64,000 nt of DNA from contig JBBQQR010000005.1 in the NCBI GenBank assembly GCA_038215615.1, positions 66,152 to 130,151 of the forward strand, written 5' to 3'. The DNA comes from Vulcanimicrobiales bacterium. Its GTDB lineage: Bacteria > Vulcanimicrobiota > Vulcanimicrobiia > Vulcanimicrobiales > Vulcanimicrobiaceae. The notes beneath the pieces were generated by a model. The model had not been told where the DNA came from. It did no database searches and was given only the letters and a program-made list of their open reading frames with translations. Positions 30,189 through 39,161 of the stretch are shown in pieces (the stretch's first letter is position 1; each line of letters opens with the position of its first letter). The translations under genes and the position numbers were made by a program.

Positions 30189-30898
30189 TTCTTCTTGCCT
30201 CTACGAGCCCGCGCGAGCAGTATCTGCAGCGCTTCATCAGCGGCCTGCAGCTGCGCTATTTTTTTCGACTTTCCGGCCCCGGAACCCAGCACCCTATCGT
30301 TGAGAACGACTTCGGAGACGAAATGAGGCGCCTGCGGCGTGCCCGCCGATCGCTCGCGATAGACCGGCAGCTTGCGGTAGCGCTCCTGAGCCAGCAACTG
30401 CAGCTGCGATTTCGGGTCGGTCACGCCTTCGTCGGAGAGATCGACCAGCGCCATGTGCTGCTCCAAAACGAAACGGCGAGCTTTGATTTCGCCGTAGCGC
30501 CGGTAGAGCGCGCCCACGAATGCCTCGAAAGCGTCGGCCAGGATCGTGGTGTTTTCGACTCCGCCCGAGCGCGTCAATCCCGAACCCAGCTCGACCAAAT
30601 CCGAAAAACCAAGGCGCAGGGCAGTCTTGGCCAACGCGCTGTCGCGGACGATCGCAGCCTTGCGCGCGGTCAGCCAACCTTCGGCGGAATTCGGATGTTC
30701 CTCAAAAAGCCACCCCGCAGCAGCTAGACCGACGACCGCATCGCCCAGAAACTCCAGGCGCTCGTTGGACTTTTTGCGGCGTTCGCGCGCGGCGCTTTCG
30801 TGGACGAAGGCTTGCTCGAATTCGGCGAGATCGGTTGGAGCAACGTGGGCTTTCCGGAGCAGCGCGCGCAGCCGGCGGCGCCGCGCTTCGCCCGCCAT
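30185..30898 (-). CDS. rnc: Ribonuclease III
   Basis: NERLEFLGDAV, ADAFEA, dsRBD DPKSQLQ...GKSKKIAQ. Confidence 0.95.
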   Translation of the reverse strand: MAGEARRRRLRALLRKAHVAPTDLAEFEQAFVHESAARERRKKSNERLEFLGDAVVGLAAAGWLFEEHPNSAEGWLTARKAAIVRDSALAKTALRLGFSDLVELGSGLTRSGGVENTTILADAFEAFVGALYRRYGEIKARRFVLEQHMALVDLSDEGVTDPKSQLQLLAQERYRKLPVYRERSAGTPQAPHFVSEVVLNDRVLGSGAGKSKKIAQLQAADEALQILLARARRGKKK

Positions 30899-32139
30899 CA
30901 GCGGACTTTGCCGAATACCAAGACGCTGTTGTGGCCGCCGAAACCGAAGGAGTTGGAAAGGGCAACGCGCACCGGCGCCTTGCGCGCCACGTTCGGAACG
31001 TAATCGAGCGTGCAGTCCGGATCGGGAACCTCATAGTTGATCGTGGGCGGCATCGTATCGCGTTCGACCGCCAGCGCGCACGCCACGCCTTCGATGCCGC
31101 CGGCCGCGCCAAGCGCATGACCGTGCATGGATTTGGTCGAGCTGACCGCGACTTTGGTGCCGGCTCCGAAAACGCGCTCGATCGCCTGCGACTCCGCAAC
31201 GTCCCCTTGCGGAGTTGACGTGCCGTGCGCGTTAATGTAATCCACGTCCCCCGGGCCGATACCCGAATGTTCCAGGCAGCGCTTGAGCGCGAGCTCCACG
31301 CCCAAGCTTTCCGGATCGGGGGCGACCAAGTTGTAGGCATCGGCCGATTGTCCGTAGCCGAGCATTTCGCAGTATATTTTTGCGCCGCGCGCTTTCGCGT
31401 GTTCGTATTCCTCGAGCACTAAAATGCCCGCGCCTTCGGCCAGCACGAAACCGTCGCGCTCTTTGTCGAACGGGCGACTTGCGCGCGTGGGCTCGTCGTT
31501 GCGCGTCGAGAGTGCCTTCATCGAGCAGAACCCGCCGACGGCGAGCGGTGAAATCGTGGCTTCGGTCCCGCCCGCGATCATCGCGTCGCAGTCGCCGAGC
31601 ACGACGTAGTTGTACGCGGTAACGATCGCGTCGTTGGCGCTGGCGCAGGCGCTGGCGGCCGAAAAGAACGGCCCGCGGAACCCGAACTGCATCGAGATGT
31701 GCGCGGCCGATGCGTTCGCCATCAGCATAGGAATGAAGAACGGCGTGACCTTCGACCACGTGCCGTTTTTGGCGGCGATGTCGGAGTTGTGCCAGAACGT
31801 CAGGATACCGCCGATGCCGGTGCCCAGCACGGATCCGACTCTGTTCTTGAATTCCTGATCTTCGGGCAGCTTCGCATCGGCAATCGCCTCACGCGCGGCC
31901 ACCATCGCGTACTGCGAGAAGCGGTCCATCCGGCGGGCCTCGCGCCTGCCGATCAAACTGTCGGCGTCGAAGTCCTTCACCTCGGCCGCGAAGCGCGTCG
32001 AGAAGTCGCTGGCGTCGAACGCCGTAATAGGGCCGACGCCGCTTTCACCTGCGACGAGGCGCCGCCAAAATTCTGGGACGGAATTGCCCAGGGGCGTCAC
32101 GGCGCCCAGCCCGGTAACGACGACGCGACGCTTTGTCAA
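30898..32139 (-). CDS. fabF: 3-oxoacyl-ACP synthase II
   Basis: [37 protein letters not shown]. Confidence 0.96.
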   Translation of the reverse strand: MTKRRVVVTGLGAVTPLGNSVPEFWRRLVAGESGVGPITAFDASDFSTRFAAEVKDFDADSLIGRREARRMDRFSQYAMVAAREAIADAKLPEDQEFKNRVGSVLGTGIGGILTFWHNSDIAAKNGTWSKVTPFFIPMLMANASAAHISMQFGFRGPFFSAASACASANDAIVTAYNYVVLGDCDAMIAGGTEATISPLAVGGFCSMKALSTRNDEPTRASRPFDKERDGFVLAEGAGILVLEEYEHAKARGAKIYCEMLGYGQSADAYNLVAPDPESLGVELALKRCLEHSGIGPGDVDYINAHGTSTPQGDVAESQAIERVFGAGTKVAVSSTKSMHGHALGAAGGIEGVACALAVERDTMPPTINYEVPDPDCTLDYVPNVARKAPVRVALSNSFGFGGHNSVLVFGKVR

Positions 32140-32202
32140 AACGGACTCCTGTTAGGGCGCGCCGAGCCGGGTACCTTTCGGGCTCGCCGGCCGAGGGGAG
32201 TC

Positions 32203-32232
32203 TTGCAGCGGCGGCCCCCGCTGTGCTATAGT
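32203..32232 (+). promoter_or_regulatory. Sigma70-type promoter for rpmA-obg
   Basis: TTGCAG-N18-TATAGT with extended TG. The ATG lies 9 nt after the -10. Confidence 0.6.
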
Positions 32233-32241
32233 GCTGCGGCC

Positions 32242-32520
32242 ATGTTCATCTTCGACCTTCAACTTTTCGCTTCCAAAAAAGGCGCCGGCTCGACCCGGAA
32301 CGGCCGCGATTCAAACGCGCAGCGGCTGGGGGTCAAGCGCTTCGGCGGCCAGGTCGTCATTGCGGGTAACATCCTGGTCCGCCAGCGCGGAACCCGCGTT
32401 TGCGCGGGCGAGAACGTCGGCATGGGCAAAGACCATACGCTCTTCGCACTGTCCGACGGCGTCGTAGAGTTTGCGATGCACCGCAATCGCAAGCACATCC
32501 ACGTGCGCGCGGTCGCCTGA
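32242..32520 (+). CDS. rpmA: 50S ribosomal protein L27 with N-terminal extension
   Basis: [37 protein letters not shown]. Confidence 0.97.
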   Translation: MFIFDLQLFASKKGAGSTRNGRDSNAQRLGVKRFGGQVVIAGNILVRQRGTRVCAGENVGMGKDHTLFALSDGVVEFAMHRNRKHIHVRAVA

Positions 32521-32544
32521 AACCGCGGCGCGTCTCACCTGAAG

Positions 32545-32565
32545 AGGGCCTGCGGGTCCTTTTTT
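32545..32565 (+). terminator. Intrinsic terminator/attenuator between rpmA and obg
   Basis: AGGGCC-TGCG-GGTCCT hairpin followed by TTTTT. Confidence 0.6.
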
Positions 32566-32575
32566 GTTTCGCACG

Positions 32576-33838
32576 ATGCAATTCATAGACGAAGCCTCGA
32601 TCGTGGTGGCCGCCGGTAACGGCGGCAACGGCAAGGTCGCGTGGCGCCGCGAGAAGTTCATTCCTAAAGGCGGACCGGCGGGCGGCGACGGCGGTCACGG
32701 CGGCAGCATCTACATGGAAGCGTCGCCGGAGCTTTCCACGCTCGTAGAGTTTCGCTTCAAGCGCCAGTTCTCGGCCGACTCCGGCAACGCCGGCGGCACG
32801 TCAAACAAGTCTGGACGCAGCGGCGAGGATCTCATCATCCGGGTGCCGCCCGGAACGCTGCTCTATCGAGCGCTCGAAGACGAGCCCGAGCACTTTTTCG
32901 CCGACCTCAGCACGCCGGGGGAGCGGATGCTCGTCGCAAAAGGCGGACGCGGCGGCTTAGGCAATCAGCATTTCGCAACCAGCACGCGGCAAGCTCCGCG
33001 TTTTTCGGAGAAGGGCGAACCCGGGGAACGTTTCCGCTTCCGTATGGAGCTGCGGCTGCTCGCCGACTGTGGAATCATCGGCGTTCCGAACGCCGGCAAG
33101 TCGACGCTGCTGGCTTCGGTGTCAGCGGCCCGGCCGAAAATCGCCGACTATCCGTTCACCACCCTCGAACCGCAGCTCGGCGTCGTGCGGATTTCCGATG
33201 AGGAGTCTTTCGTTTTAGTCGACGTGCCCGGCTTAATCGAGGGCGCGCATACCGGCGCGGGCCTGGGCGATCAATTCCTGCGGCACGTCGAACGCACGCG
33301 CGTGCTGATCCATCTGCTCGACGGCGGCAAAGAACTCGACGAGATCTTGGCCGATAAGGCGACGATTGAAATCGAGCTGCGGGCGTGGAACCCGCGCCTG
33401 GTTGAAAAGCCGGTGCTTCTGGCGGTTTCGAAACTCGATCTTCCGCCGGCGCGCGAGCGTCTGCGCGAACTGCACGAACAGTTTCCGCACGTCTACGGCA
33501 TCAGCGCGGCGACGCGCGAAGGCGTACAAGAGTTAATGTACGCCGCCGTGCGCGCGATCGCCGAAGCTCCGCCGGTTGAAGTCGCGCCCGATAGCGCCGC
33601 AGTCATTAACCTGCGGCCATCCGAACCGTACGCTATTACAAAGGAAGACGGCATCTTTGTGATCGCCGGCGAGCGCGTGGAACGCCTTGCCGCCATGACC
33701 GACTTCGATTCAGATGAAGGACTGGCACGCTTCGAACAGATTCTGGCCAAGATGGGCGTCGAGAAAAAACTGCGCGAGCTGGGTGCGGCCGAAGGAGACA
33801 CGGTCCGCATCGGCCCATACGAGTTTTTGTACTCGTAA
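32576..33838 (+). CDS. obgE: GTPase Obg/CgtA
   Basis: MQFIDE, GGP.GGDGG, GVPNAGKST, ADYPFTT, DVPGLIEGA, C-terminal DUF1967-like tail. Confidence 0.97.
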   Translation: MQFIDEASIVVAAGNGGNGKVAWRREKFIPKGGPAGGDGGHGGSIYMEASPELSTLVEFRFKRQFSADSGNAGGTSNKSGRSGEDLIIRVPPGTLLYRALEDEPEHFFADLSTPGERMLVAKGGRGGLGNQHFATSTRQAPRFSEKGEPGERFRFRMELRLLADCGIIGVPNAGKSTLLASVSAARPKIADYPFTTLEPQLGVVRISDEESFVLVDVPGLIEGAHTGAGLGDQFLRHVERTRVLIHLLDGGKELDEILADKATIEIELRAWNPRLVEKPVLLAVSKLDLPPARERLRELHEQFPHVYGISAATREGVQELMYAAVRAIAEAPPVEVAPDSAAVINLRPSEPYAITKEDGIFVIAGERVERLAAMTDFDSDEGLARFEQILAKMGVEKKLRELGAAEGDTVRIGPYEFLYS

Positions 33839-34449
33839 TGCGCTTAGGTATTTTTGGCGGGACGTTCGATCCGGTGCATAATCTGCATCTCTTCATCGCG
33901 GAGTCCGCGCGGCGTCTCGAAAGTCTCGACCGTGTGATTTTCGTGCCGACCAACAACGTGCACTACCGCGAAAAGCCGGCCGCCTCGGCCGAACAGCGTT
34001 ATGAGATGTTGAAGCTTGCAATCGCAACCAACGACCGCTTCGCGGTCGACCGCAGCGACTTGGAGCCGGGCGCGACCGGATATACTGCCGACTTGCTGCC
34101 GCGGCTCCACGCGCAGTATCCCGGCGACAGTTTTGTCTTCGTCACAGGCGCCGACTCACTCGCCGAAAGCTCGTGGGTGCGGTTCGAGGAAGTGCTCGAA
34201 TCGCTGGAAGCCTTTGTTATCGCCCCGCGCGCGGGCGTGGCGGCCGACACGCTTTCCCGCGTGGTTTCGGCCGTTCCGGCTGCTTTGCGCTCGCGAATAA
34301 AAACGCTGAATTTGCCCGAAATGCCCGAAAGCGCAACGCTGATACGCACGATGCTGGCGCAAGGCAGATCGGCGCGCTACCTGGTACCTGAACCGGTGTG
34401 GGAATATATCACGCTCCACAACGTTTATGCGGCGCGCGATGAAGCGTAG
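33838..34449 (+). CDS. nadD: Nicotinate-nucleotide adenylyltransferase
   Basis: GIFGGTFDPVH..H, YT, GADS. Directly follows obg. Confidence 0.88.
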   Translation: MRLGIFGGTFDPVHNLHLFIAESARRLESLDRVIFVPTNNVHYREKPAASAEQRYEMLKLAIATNDRFAVDRSDLEPGATGYTADLLPRLHAQYPGDSFVFVTGADSLAESSWVRFEEVLESLEAFVIAPRAGVAADTLSRVVSAVPAALRSRIKTLNLPEMPESATLIRTMLAQGRSARYLVPEPVWEYITLHNVYAARDEA

Positions 34450-34828
34450 AGCAATTTTCGCACTGTTTGCCGCGGCCTTGACGGGGTGCGCGAGCGGCCC
34501 TGTGACCGTTGAGAAAGCGATGGGAGTTTGCGCGCGCGGCGCAACCTCCGTTGAGGTGAGCACGAGCGGCAGCGTTGCGCGTCTGCTTGGCAATTACTCA
34601 TCGCGGACCGGAACGCACGAAGGTTTCTTGCTGCGCAGCAACGGTTTAACGATTCGCGTCGAGGACAACACGACGATCACCGGAGCGATTCCGCTTTCCA
34701 AAGGCGAACCGGTTTCGCTGCAGGGGCAATACGAGTGCAACGACGGCGTGATTCACTGGACGCATCACGATCCGCGCGGACGTCACAGCGGCGGCTTCAT
34801 CGAAGCCGGAGGAAAGATCTACCGTTAA
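34439..34828 (+). CDS. DUF3465 family lipoprotein
   Basis: Lipobox LTGC; G.H..F, GQYE, IHWTHHDP.GRH.GG.I. Confidence 0.8.
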   Translation: MKRRAIFALFAAALTGCASGPVTVEKAMGVCARGATSVEVSTSGSVARLLGNYSSRTGTHEGFLLRSNGLTIRVEDNTTITGAIPLSKGEPVSLQGQYECNDGVIHWTHHDPRGRHSGGFIEAGGKIYR

Positions 34829-34835
34829 GATCATT

Positions 34836-35399
34836 TTGGCGAGCGCGTCACCACGGCGCTTAGAGTTGCTGCAGTCGCTCGGCCTGGTCGTGAACGTCGT
34901 ACCTAGCGGTTATCACGAACCCGATCGCGCAGAGCTCTCGCCTCGGGATCTCGCGTTGGAACACGCACGCGCAAAGTGCGAAGCAGTCGCGATGCGTTTC
35001 CCCAACGACGTCGTGGTCGCGGCCGATACCGTCGTCGATGTGGACGGAGCCGCTTACAACAAGCCGCGCGACGCAGCCCATGCGCGAAGGATGCTCGGCA
35101 ATCTGAGCGGACGCACACACGTCGTTCATACGGCGCTCGCAATCTCTGCCACCGGCACTATCGTGGTCGAAAGCGAGAGCACGCGCGTGACGTTCTTTCC
35201 ACTCGAGCCCGGCGAAATCGAACGCTACATCGAAAGCGGCGAGCCCTTCGACAAGGCCGGAGGCTACGGAATTCAGGCGCACGGCGCCTCGCTCGTGGAG
35301 CGGATCGACGGCGATTTTTACACCGTCATGGGCTTCCCGCTGGCCCGGTTCATGCGAACGCTCCGCCGGTTGGGAATTGTGCTGCCGATAACGAAATAG
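34836..35399 (+). CDS. maf: Maf-like nucleoside triphosphate pyrophosphatase; true start probably a few codons upstream
   Basis: (KII)LASASPRRLELL, ADTVV, KP, LSGRTH, DKAGGYGIQ. Confidence 0.93.
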   Translation: MASASPRRLELLQSLGLVVNVVPSGYHEPDRAELSPRDLALEHARAKCEAVAMRFPNDVVVAADTVVDVDGAAYNKPRDAAHARRMLGNLSGRTHVVHTALAISATGTIVVESESTRVTFFPLEPGEIERYIESGEPFDKAGGYGIQAHGASLVERIDGDFYTVMGFPLARFMRTLRRLGIVLPITK

Positions 35400-35432
35400 C
35401 AGAGTCCCTACTCGGCAGGGGAGTTTTTAGCT

Positions 35433-36236
35433 ATCTTTACTTATCGGGACGAACGTCGGCTTTTCGCGGTACTCGGGGTGATTATCGCGGCAGCTCTGGT
35501 CGCGCTGCTGCAGGTGACCGCGGCCCGCACCGGCACGCCCAGCCCGCTGACGACCATCGCAACCACGCTCGGAATCGGCATCGAAGCCGGCGCTTCGAAT
35601 GCCGTGGGCGCCGTGCGCTACGGCGGCCGCACCGCGCTGAGTCTCCCTGCTCTTCGGGCGCAGAACGCTGCGCTGCAATCCGAGAACCTGCGCCTCCAGA
35701 GGGAGAACGCTCGCCTGAGCGAAGCGCTGGCCGCTTCGAACAGCCAGCTCGCCGTTCAGCCGCAACTGCAAAGCTACGCCGGAGCGATCGAAGCGCGCGT
35801 CATCGGCTTCCCGCCCGAGGGCGGCATTCAAACCGTCACGATCGACAAAGGTACGCGCAGCGGCGTAGCGCGCGACGACGGCGTGCTCGCCGGTCCCGGC
35901 GTGATCGGGCGCGTGATCGAGGCGTCGCCGTTCACCAGTCAAGTCGCGTTGCTCACAGATTTCACGAGCACGATTCCCGCGCTCGTGCAGCGCGGCCGCT
36001 ATTGGGGCATCGCGCGCGGCAACGCCGACTCGGTGCGCCTCGAATACGTTTCACAAGACGCGCAATTGCGCGCCGGCGACAAAGTCGTTACGGCCGAAGC
36101 GCGCTCGTTCCATTCCGGTGCGCTGCTCGGAACGATCGTCAAAATCGAACGCGACTCGGCCCTCTATCAAACTGCGATCGTGAAACCGGCGGTCGACTTC
36201 TCGACGCTCGACCGCGTTGTCGTCCTTCCGCGCTAA
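35433..36236 (+). CDS. mreC: Rod shape-determining protein MreC
   Basis: N-terminal TM, coiled coil ENARL, A.VIG, IDKG...GV, G.IGRV, GD.VVT, KPAVDF. Start is ATC 35433 (SD-supported) or GTG 35478. Confidence 0.9.
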   Translation: MFTYRDERRLFAVLGVIIAAALVALLQVTAARTGTPSPLTTIATTLGIGIEAGASNAVGAVRYGGRTALSLPALRAQNAALQSENLRLQRENARLSEALAASNSQLAVQPQLQSYAGAIEARVIGFPPEGGIQTVTIDKGTRSGVARDDGVLAGPGVIGRVIEASPFTSQVALLTDFTSTIPALVQRGRYWGIARGNADSVRLEYVSQDAQLRAGDKVVTAEARSFHSGALLGTIVKIERDSALYQTAIVKPAVDFSTLDRVVVLPR

Positions 36237-36759
36237 ACCTCAAGAAACTCCGTTTGCCGGTCCCTTTTGGTGGCAAGCCGCCATTTTTTTGGCGCTTGCG
36301 CTGGTCTTGCAGATCGAGCTCATGCATTTCCTCACGTGGCGTCATGCCGAGCCGAGTTTGGTTCTGGTGGCCGTCGTGTGGTATGCACTGCGCACCGACA
36401 CTCGGCGCGCCATCGTATTTGGGTTGATCGCGGGCGCGTGCGAAGATATTTTAGGCGGCGCGCTGACCGACGCCGCCACGGGCGGCGGGTGGACGATCGC
36501 GACGACAGGCACCGCGCTCTTGGTGGGCTCGCTCTCGCAAGGTTTTTTTGCGGATTCGATTCCGGTTCTGACGGCAGCGGTCGCAATCGGAACGCTGGTC
36601 CGCCGGCTGATCTTTTGGAGCGTCCTTTCCCTGGAGGGATATCCGCGCGGGTACGCCGGCGTTCACGCGCACCAAGCACTCTGGGAAGCGCTCATGAACG
36701 CGGCAATCGCGGCGGCATTGATGCTGCTCTTACGGCTGGTGGAACGGCGTAAGGCATGA
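36217..36759 (+). CDS. mreD: Rod shape-determining protein MreD
   Basis: Hydrophobic protein with P.LVLV and G...G..ED, between mreC and PBP2. Confidence 0.85.
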   Translation: MSSFRAKPQETPFAGPFWWQAAIFLALALVLQIELMHFLTWRHAEPSLVLVAVVWYALRTDTRRAIVFGLIAGACEDILGGALTDAATGGGWTIATTGTALLVGSLSQGFFADSIPVLTAAVAIGTLVRRLIFWSVLSLEGYPRGYAGVHAHQALWEALMNAAIAAALMLLLRLVERRKA

Positions 36760-38606
36760 CGTACCGGCGCAAACCCGCCTGGGAACGCTCGGCGTGGCGG
36801 ATTGCTATTTTTGCATTGCTCGTCGCGCTTGCGCTGATGGGCTTGTTCGCCCGGCTCATTGCTGTGCAGCTTGTGCAAGGCGACGCGTTCCGCGCCGCGG
36901 CCCAAGAGAATCAGATCAGACTCATCCCGGTTGCCGCGCCACGCGGATCGATGCTCGATCGAAGCGGCATTCCGATCGTTCGCAGCCGGCCGTCCTTCGT
37001 GGTCGCCGTGATTCCCTCAGAGTTGACCGATCCGGCGAGCGAACTCAAAAGCGTCTCGCAAGCCATCGCCGTTCCGGTCGAAAAATTACGCTACCAACTA
37101 TTCAACCACCACGGCGTCACTTACAAAACGTTCGACGAGCTAGACGCAAACGAGCCGTACGGCCCCGTCATCATTGCCAGCGATCTGTCCGTGCGGCAGG
37201 TCGTCAAACTGACGGAACTGCTCGTTGACTTGCCGGGCTTCGACGTCGAAGCTCAAGCCGTGCGCGATTATCCGTACGGCGCCCAAGGTTCGGCATTCGT
37301 CGGCTACGTTGGGCAAATCAGCGAAGACGAATACAAAGCGCTGCGCAATTTGGGATATTCACCCAACGATGTCGTTGGGAAAGACGGCCTCGAGTACACG
37401 TACGATCGCTACCTGCGCGGCGAACCCGGCGGTCAACGCGTCGTCGTAGATTCGCAAAGCCAAGTCGTGCCGGGGATTAAGCTTCCGCAGAAGCAGCCGG
37501 TTCCGGGTGATACGCTCGTACTCAACATCGATTGGCGTCTGCAACGCATAGTGGAACAAGCACTCGCGAACGGCATTCACTCCTGGGCCGGCGGGCGCTC
37601 GGGGGTTGGCGGCGCCGTCGTCGTCGAGGATCCATGGACCGGAGCGATCCGCGCGATCGCGAGCTACCCGAGCTTCGACCCGAACGCGTTTGCATCGAAC
37701 GACTACAAAAAACTCGCGTACTATCTCACCAACAGTTCGCAGCCGCTCTTCAACCGCGCGATCAGCGCCGGAACTCCGACCGGATCGACGTTCAAAATGG
37801 TAACGGGCTCGGCCGCGCTCACTACGGGCGTCGTGAAAGTGAACGAGAGCGTCTACGACAGCGGCGCCTGGAATTGCGGCGGAGCCATCTTTCGCGACTT
37901 GGCGGCCGGAGGTTTAGGCTCGACCGGCTTCGTGCGCGCGCTGGCCGCTTCTTCCGACGGATATTTCTTTCAGATGGGCTGGCGCTTGGGTAACGCGCGC
38001 TTACGCAAATACGCGCTCGCTTTTGGACTCGCGGCAAGGGCCGGTATCGATTTACCCGGTGAATTCGAAGGCAACTGGCCGACAAACGCGTCGATGTTGA
38101 AGAGTTCCGGCCTTCCTTTAGAACCCTCCGACGTCTGCAGCTTGGCGATCGGCCAAGGCGCGATGCAAGCCACGCCGCTGCAGATGGCCAATGTGGAATC
38201 GGCGGTCGTCAACGGCGGCACGCTCTACCACCCGCACATCGTCGCCGAGATCCGCAATCCGAACGGTCATGTGGTGAAGCGGTTCGATCCGCAGATCATC
38301 CGCCAGGTCCCCGTCACGCAAGAAGCGCTCAAAGCCGTGCGCCAAGGAATGGATGAAGTGACCGATCCCGGCGGCACGGCCTACGGCCTGGCGATTCCGG
38401 GCTTACCGTTCGGCGGAAAAACCGGCACAGCCGAAACAGCCGGCGGCTCCGGACCGAACACGACGTGGTTTGTGGCTTATGCACCGGCGAAGCGCGCAAC
38501 GATCGCTATGGCGGTCTTCGTCGATCGCTCCGGCGGCTACGGCGCACAAGTGGCCGCGCCGATCGCGCGCGCGATCATGGTGCAGTACTTCCATAAAAAA
38601 CCCTGA
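36756..38606 (+). CDS. mrdA: Penicillin-binding protein 2
   Basis: APRG.M.DR, R.YP, GK.GLE..YD, STFK, SSD, KTGTAE. Confidence 0.94.
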   Translation: MTYRRKPAWERSAWRIAIFALLVALALMGLFARLIAVQLVQGDAFRAAAQENQIRLIPVAAPRGSMLDRSGIPIVRSRPSFVVAVIPSELTDPASELKSVSQAIAVPVEKLRYQLFNHHGVTYKTFDELDANEPYGPVIIASDLSVRQVVKLTELLVDLPGFDVEAQAVRDYPYGAQGSAFVGYVGQISEDEYKALRNLGYSPNDVVGKDGLEYTYDRYLRGEPGGQRVVVDSQSQVVPGIKLPQKQPVPGDTLVLNIDWRLQRIVEQALANGIHSWAGGRSGVGGAVVVEDPWTGAIRAIASYPSFDPNAFASNDYKKLAYYLTNSSQPLFNRAISAGTPTGSTFKMVTGSAALTTGVVKVNESVYDSGAWNCGGAIFRDLAAGGLGSTGFVRALAASSDGYFFQMGWRLGNARLRKYALAFGLAARAGIDLPGEFEGNWPTNASMLKSSGLPLEPSDVCSLAIGQGAMQATPLQMANVESAVVNGGTLYHPHIVAEIRNPNGHVVKRFDPQIIRQVPVTQEALKAVRQGMDEVTDPGGTAYGLAIPGLPFGGKTGTAETAGGSGPNTTWFVAYAPAKRATIAMAVFVDRSGGYGAQVAAPIARAIMVQYFHKKP

Positions 38607-38620
38607 CTCGTACATATACG

Positions 38621-38755
38621 GCTCGCCCACGCACCGGTTCGCACGGCTCTGAATTCGCCGCGAAGCCAAGGATGGCGAGAGCGGTCTGAATTCAGGAGCG
38701 CAGACGGGCACACGACGTGCCCGGCAAGTCTCCGTGAACCGGTGTGTGGCTGAGC
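38621..38755. repeat. Structured intergenic inverted-repeat element B (MITE-like or ncRNA-like)
   Basis: Terminal arms 38621-38646 and 38732-38755. Inner stem CTGAATTC/GAATTCAG. Hairpins GCC-AAGGAT-GGC and CGGGCAC-ACGAC-GTGCCCG. Lies between convergent genes. Confidence 0.72.
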
Positions 38756-38756
38756 T

Positions 38757-39161
38757 TTATTGTAAGAGGCTGAGTGTTTCTTCGATTCGTTCCGCACGCG
38801 CGCCGGGATGGCGCTTGACGTGCGCGCGTACGCGATCGGCTGCGCCTCGCCTTTCGAGGACATGCGCGGCTGCGAGCGCGACGGGTTCGGACGGATCGTC
38901 GAGTGCGTGCACCAGCAGACCGTCGGCGCGTTCGTCGTGCAGATCGGCGACCGCAAAGACGAGGTCGCAGCGCGCCGCTTCCGAGAGCGTCGCGAATTCA
39001 TCGCCCGCCTGCGCGGTCCAAGCGGTGTCGGGCTTCCACGGTTCGTTCGGAGGCGGCTCGGGTTCTTCGACGGTTTTTCGCTCCGGCGAAAGCCATGCGT
39101 ACGCACCGACGCACACCGCAATCGCGACGACGATCAGCAGACCGATGACGATGGCGTTCAC
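38757..39161 (-). CDS. Single-pass membrane protein with a HEAT-like helical domain
   Basis: N-terminal TM, Pro-rich linker, LL..AL.DP...VA.AAA..L HEAT-like repeat. GTGA overlap with the upstream gene. Confidence 0.7.
   Translation of the reverse strand: MNAIVIGLLIVVAIAVCVGAYAWLSPERKTVEEPEPPPNEPWKPDTAWTAQAGDEFATLSEAARCDLVFAVADLHDERADGLLVHALDDPSEPVALAAAHVLERRGAADRVRAHVKRHPGARAERIEETLSLLQ

Noticed and set aside
28929..30326. 465-aa ORF antisense to smc, and similar long antisense ORFs elsewhere
   Set aside because: Mirror frames of well-supported genes, caused by codon bias
34976..36427. 483-aa plus-strand ORF
   Set aside because: Alternative frame across maf, mreC and mreD with low-complexity Arg-rich composition
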